From the human T2T-CHM13v2.0 reference genome, Homo sapiens: DNA of 64,000 nt. The notes under the pieces are model-generated. The model was not told where the DNA came from. It saw only the letters and a program-made list of their open reading frames with translations, and made no database searches. The position numbers and the translations under genes were made by a program. Shown here piece after piece: positions 60,045 to 64,000 of this stretch. How positions within the stretch are numbered: the stretch's first letter is position 1; each line of letters begins with the position of its first letter. Location: NCBI RefSeq assembly GCF_009914755.1, contig NC_060926.1. One strand, given 5' to 3'.

Positions 60045-61230
60045 TGAATTTTCTCTGTTCATTCTGGAACACCTATAGATTTAGAAAATGGACCTCCTAG
60101 GTTAACCTCTAATTTTCTTTGTTTTTTTCCCATCCCTTCTTGAATTGTTTTCTCTACTGTCTGAGAGATTCCCTTAATTTTGCTTTCCAACCCCCAGTTT
60201 GAATATTTTAGTTATATGATAGTTTTCATTTCCAAGGGCTCTTTTTTGTTTTCTAAATATTCCACTTTAAAAAGTAGCCTCTTTTTGTTTCAGGATAGTA
60301 ATATATAGTCTCTCTAAAGTTAAAATAATAGTTTTTTTAAGTTTTATTTTCCACCAATTGTCTTTTTCTTCCATGTTTTGTTTGTTTTTATTTTCTGTTT
60401 TGTTTGGGCCTTAAGCTTTTCACATTGATAGACTTTTCTCAAATAGATGATCCTAGTGATTTTGCTTATATTTAAGAGTGAGAAACAAATTTTGTTTCAA
60501 AACAAAATACTGTTTTTTTAAAAAAAGCAACCCGTTGGGTGTTGGTATGTGCCAGTTCTGGGATTCATTATAGGGAGATCTTTACAAGGGGGTGATCTGA
60601 CTGAACACTTCACTGAGAGAAATCTAACCTCAGTCACTTTAGATCCTCTCCTGGGCAGTGCAGGTTTTCCAGAGATTGCTTTTCCCTTCTCTTTCCTGGA
60701 GGTAAGTCATAGTTATTAACGTTCTCCTGGAACTGAATAGGGAAACTAAGCTAGAGATGTGGGGTCTTAGCTTCCAGGATTCAGGTGTCTTACTCTCCCT
60801 GTTTCAACATGAATGAACTGTGTGAGGTATACCCTGAACGAAACCTGTTTTTTCCTTGTCACAGAATATGACCCTTGACGGTTGGGGCAACTGAGGAGCA
60901 ATTCAAACAGTTCTCAGCTGATCTTTCTTATTTAAAAAGTACTCCTTCTTCATCTCTATATTGAGAAGCATCTTGTGCCATCCAATTCTTAGGCTTTTAA
61001 GGCTTTTTTAAAATAGATGTTGGATTAATTTCTTACATTTCCTCATTATCAATTTAGAATTCAGCTTTAATACAGGTAACATATATCCATCTGCTTTCTA
61101 GCTTCCAATGTTTTTATTCTTTTGTAATTCATTATCTAGTTCTCCACATTCTTGTGGTTTTACTTCTTGAAAACTTCCTTTAATGTTTTGTGAGAATTAT
61201 TGAATGCATATAAAATTCACCATCTTTAAC
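60045..61230 (-). mobile_element. HAL1/old L1-like fragment
   Basis: TTTTCATTTCCAAGGGCTCTTTTTTGTTTTCT...TCTCAAATAGATGATCCT...TTTAAGAGTGAG...CACCATCTTTAACCGGAA. Confidence 0.6.
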
Positions 61231-62985
61231 CGGAATAAAAATTTTCACATCAACATTAAAAAGAGCCAAAAGCAATTTAAGCAAATTATTAATATAAAAA
61301 GAAACATATCCTGTTTTTTAAAAGTTAACACAGTTTGTCTTTATTAAAACAGTACTGATAAATAAGTTTTGTATAAGTTACTTTTTGGGTTTTTTAACTT
61401 CACATGGACATTTTCTAAACATCTTATTATATCAGATATACTTGTGGCTTGCCTTTTACACATGCTACTTTCTGAGTCAGGTATAAAAATTTTCCAGTTT
61501 ATTTGTATTCTGTTAATGTTATAAGAATTTAAGTGGTAATTGTAATAACAAAAAAAATCAATAGAAATCAAACTTTAATAGAATGCAATCTCAGTTCTTT
61601 CAAAAACAGAGCGGGTACTTCATCCAGTAGGTTAAAGAGTTTTGATTATTTTACCCATTGAAACTTAAAAGTATGTGTTAAATTAACCATACAGTAACCT
61701 CTTACAATTCTCTGAATAACAACAGGGAACTATAAGAAAAATAATTTAAAATTTAATATAAAAATATTGAGCTTTACAACAAACTATTCCCTTGCTTACA
61801 GAAAGACATACCTGCTTGCAGGTGCCCATGTAAATCAGATTTGAGTATTTTAAAATTTTAATAAAACCAATTCATTTTCAGAAACTAAGGTGGCATTCAA
61901 TTTACTTTTCAGACAGATCAAAAAAAGTAGCAGTACCCTAGAATATCATAACTACAGTGTATTTCTGATGAAGAGTAGTTATTCAGCTACTAATATTTTC
62001 ATCAAGTCTACTTGTATTTTTGGTTGTAATCAGGATCTAGCAACATTTTTGTCATTATAACAAAGTATGTATTATTAAAAACTAAAGTCATGAGATGAAA
62101 AATTTCAAATTATTACCCTGAAACCTTAATCTTTCAAAAGTTGAATGGAAATAATATTTAAAATATGTCTAAAACATTTCTTGAGAAAGTGACATAGCTC
62201 TTCAGAAAACAGAATGGGCCTGTTAAATCAGACCAGGTACTGAACATCAATCTATTTCAATGTAGTCTTTTATACCACAACAGACTGGATTATAGATAAC
62301 TAAAATGGTCACATACATCTTATAGTGCTCTTCACACTTAGTGTCATTTGTAAATGCAAATAAAAATTTCAATCTAACATTTATGCACTAACTGCTATGT
62401 CTGAATCAGCTTTTCCCGTTGTGTGGGTAAAAGGGAAATTTAGTGACAAATATGTACCTGTAAGATTTGAAAAAGCAACAAACCGCCAGTTAGGTGAAGA
62501 GAGGGTGGAAGAAGGGGAACTTAGAAGAAAGTACAAACAGATTTTGAAATATGTACTGAAAATAGGGATGAATTATTTCACAGTTTTAAAATGTCTGATT
62601 TTCTAAGCACAAAATGATGATAACTTCTACTTAATAAATAAGATTTCAAAGCAAATGAGTGCAAGATAATATAATGGTCAAATATTAATAGGTATTAATC
62701 AACATTTATTATTAATAATTAGTATTATTAATATCATTTGGGCATTAGTTTAATGGCCAAATAATTAGATGGTTAAATAACTATAACTAAAATATCATTA
62801 TACGTATATATGCAAATCACATTACATTTCCCTATCTTGTTTATGTAGTAATATTAATAATTTGGATGATTCACCAGAGTGTTTCTTTAAAACAGTATTA
62901 CTCATAGAGCACAATTGATTCCAGGTGGCCAGACTTAGTGGTAATCCATGAAGATTTTGCTAGTCAGCATGTTCAAATAACCTGT

Positions 62986-63341
62986 TGATATGGTTTGGTT
63001 GTGTCCCCAGCCAAATGTCATTTTGAATTCCCAAGTGCTGTGGGAGGGACCTGGTGGGAAGTAAATGAATCATGGGGGGCAGGTCTTTCCCATGCTCTTC
63101 TCATGATAGTAAATAAGTCTCACGAGAACTGATGATTCTATAAGGGGAAATTTCCCTGCACAAGCTCTCTCTTCACCTGCTGCCATCCATGTATGATGTG
63201 ACTTGTTTCTCCTTGCCTTCCACCATGATTGTGAGGCTTCCCCAGCCACATGGAACTCTAAGTCCATTAAACCCTTTTTCTTGTATAAATTACCCAGTTT
63301 CAGGTATGTCTTTATCAACAGTGTGAAAACGGACTAATACA
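62986..63341 (+). mobile_element. THE1B-like MaLR solo LTR
   Basis: TGATATGGTTTGG..GTGTCCCC...GGGAGGGACCTGGTGGGA...AATAAGTCTCACGAGA...GGACTAATACA. Confidence 0.92.
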
Positions 63342-64000
63342 TCTATTGTAAGTAAATCAAACTACAGGATACTTCCAAGGATCCAGATCCTCTTATAATA
63401 AAACTCCCACATTTCAAGTATTTCCTCACTAATATTGATTGTAAATAACTAATCAATAAATATGGCCACATCATCATCTTTTATCCCTCCTTTAATGTAA
63501 CGCAAAAATGAAAATGTGTGAAACATGAACACACACACACCCTATGCCAGGGCCTACTGTGTCACTCTCTCAAAGGTCTGTGTTTAAAACTCAGCTTTGT
63601 CAATTAGAGTGTCTGTGGTTTTTAAAGTAAATGAGGAGAAAAAAATCAATACGAAGGACCAGTTTTGGAAAGAGATTGTTTTACAATGGAATAGGGGCTC
63701 TCAATCTTGGGACAGTGAGAAAGGTAAACCTCAAACCTCTGTAGTTTACTAAAACCCTATTGATAATTTTGAGACAAACTCTCTCTTCCCCTAAATCGAA
63801 ACAACTACCTTCAGAAAAATGTCTTATAGACATATTCTCATGCAAGACAAGTCTATGTAAATGGTTGAACTGATATCAAAGTGTCTTCTCTAACATTCTA
63901 TATCTGTTTCTGAAAATCAACTTGTTAGATATTTCTCTAAGTATAAATTATATGCATACTCTATTCAAAATATAACATTCTGGGACAGGAGTTGGCTGTG

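Noticed and set aside
62710-62733. AT-only 10-bp stem hairpin
   Set aside because: Low complexity and expected by chance.

Overview
64 kb of AT-rich primate, very probably human, non-coding genomic DNA; an AluYa5 carrying all five diagnostic positions points to human. It is an intergenic or deep-intronic repeat mosaic: 16 Alu copies or fragments (many AluY-lineage), L1 fragments of several ages, HAL1, L2/MIR, MaLR and ERVL LTRs (THE1B, MST, MLT1, MER21), DNA transposons (MER3, MER1B, MER5B, MER20, Tigger2a/3a) and microsatellites. I see no intact protein-coding gene, RNA gene, CpG island or CRISPR array. The only ORF with real protein homology is a frameshifted L1 ORF1p fragment. I found no evidence of a new biological system. 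The best leads are a compound minisatellite arraying RUNX and GGAAA motifs, a pre-Alu duplicated segment with an identical palindromic 33-bp core, several plus-strand candidate non-coding exons, a CpG-retaining candidate enhancer, an AluYa5 with an internal deletion 29 bp from an inverted Alu, and an orphan L1 ORF1 fragment. Repeat subfamilies were recognised by eye from remembered consensus sequences, not by alignment, and old-repeat boundaries are approximate.
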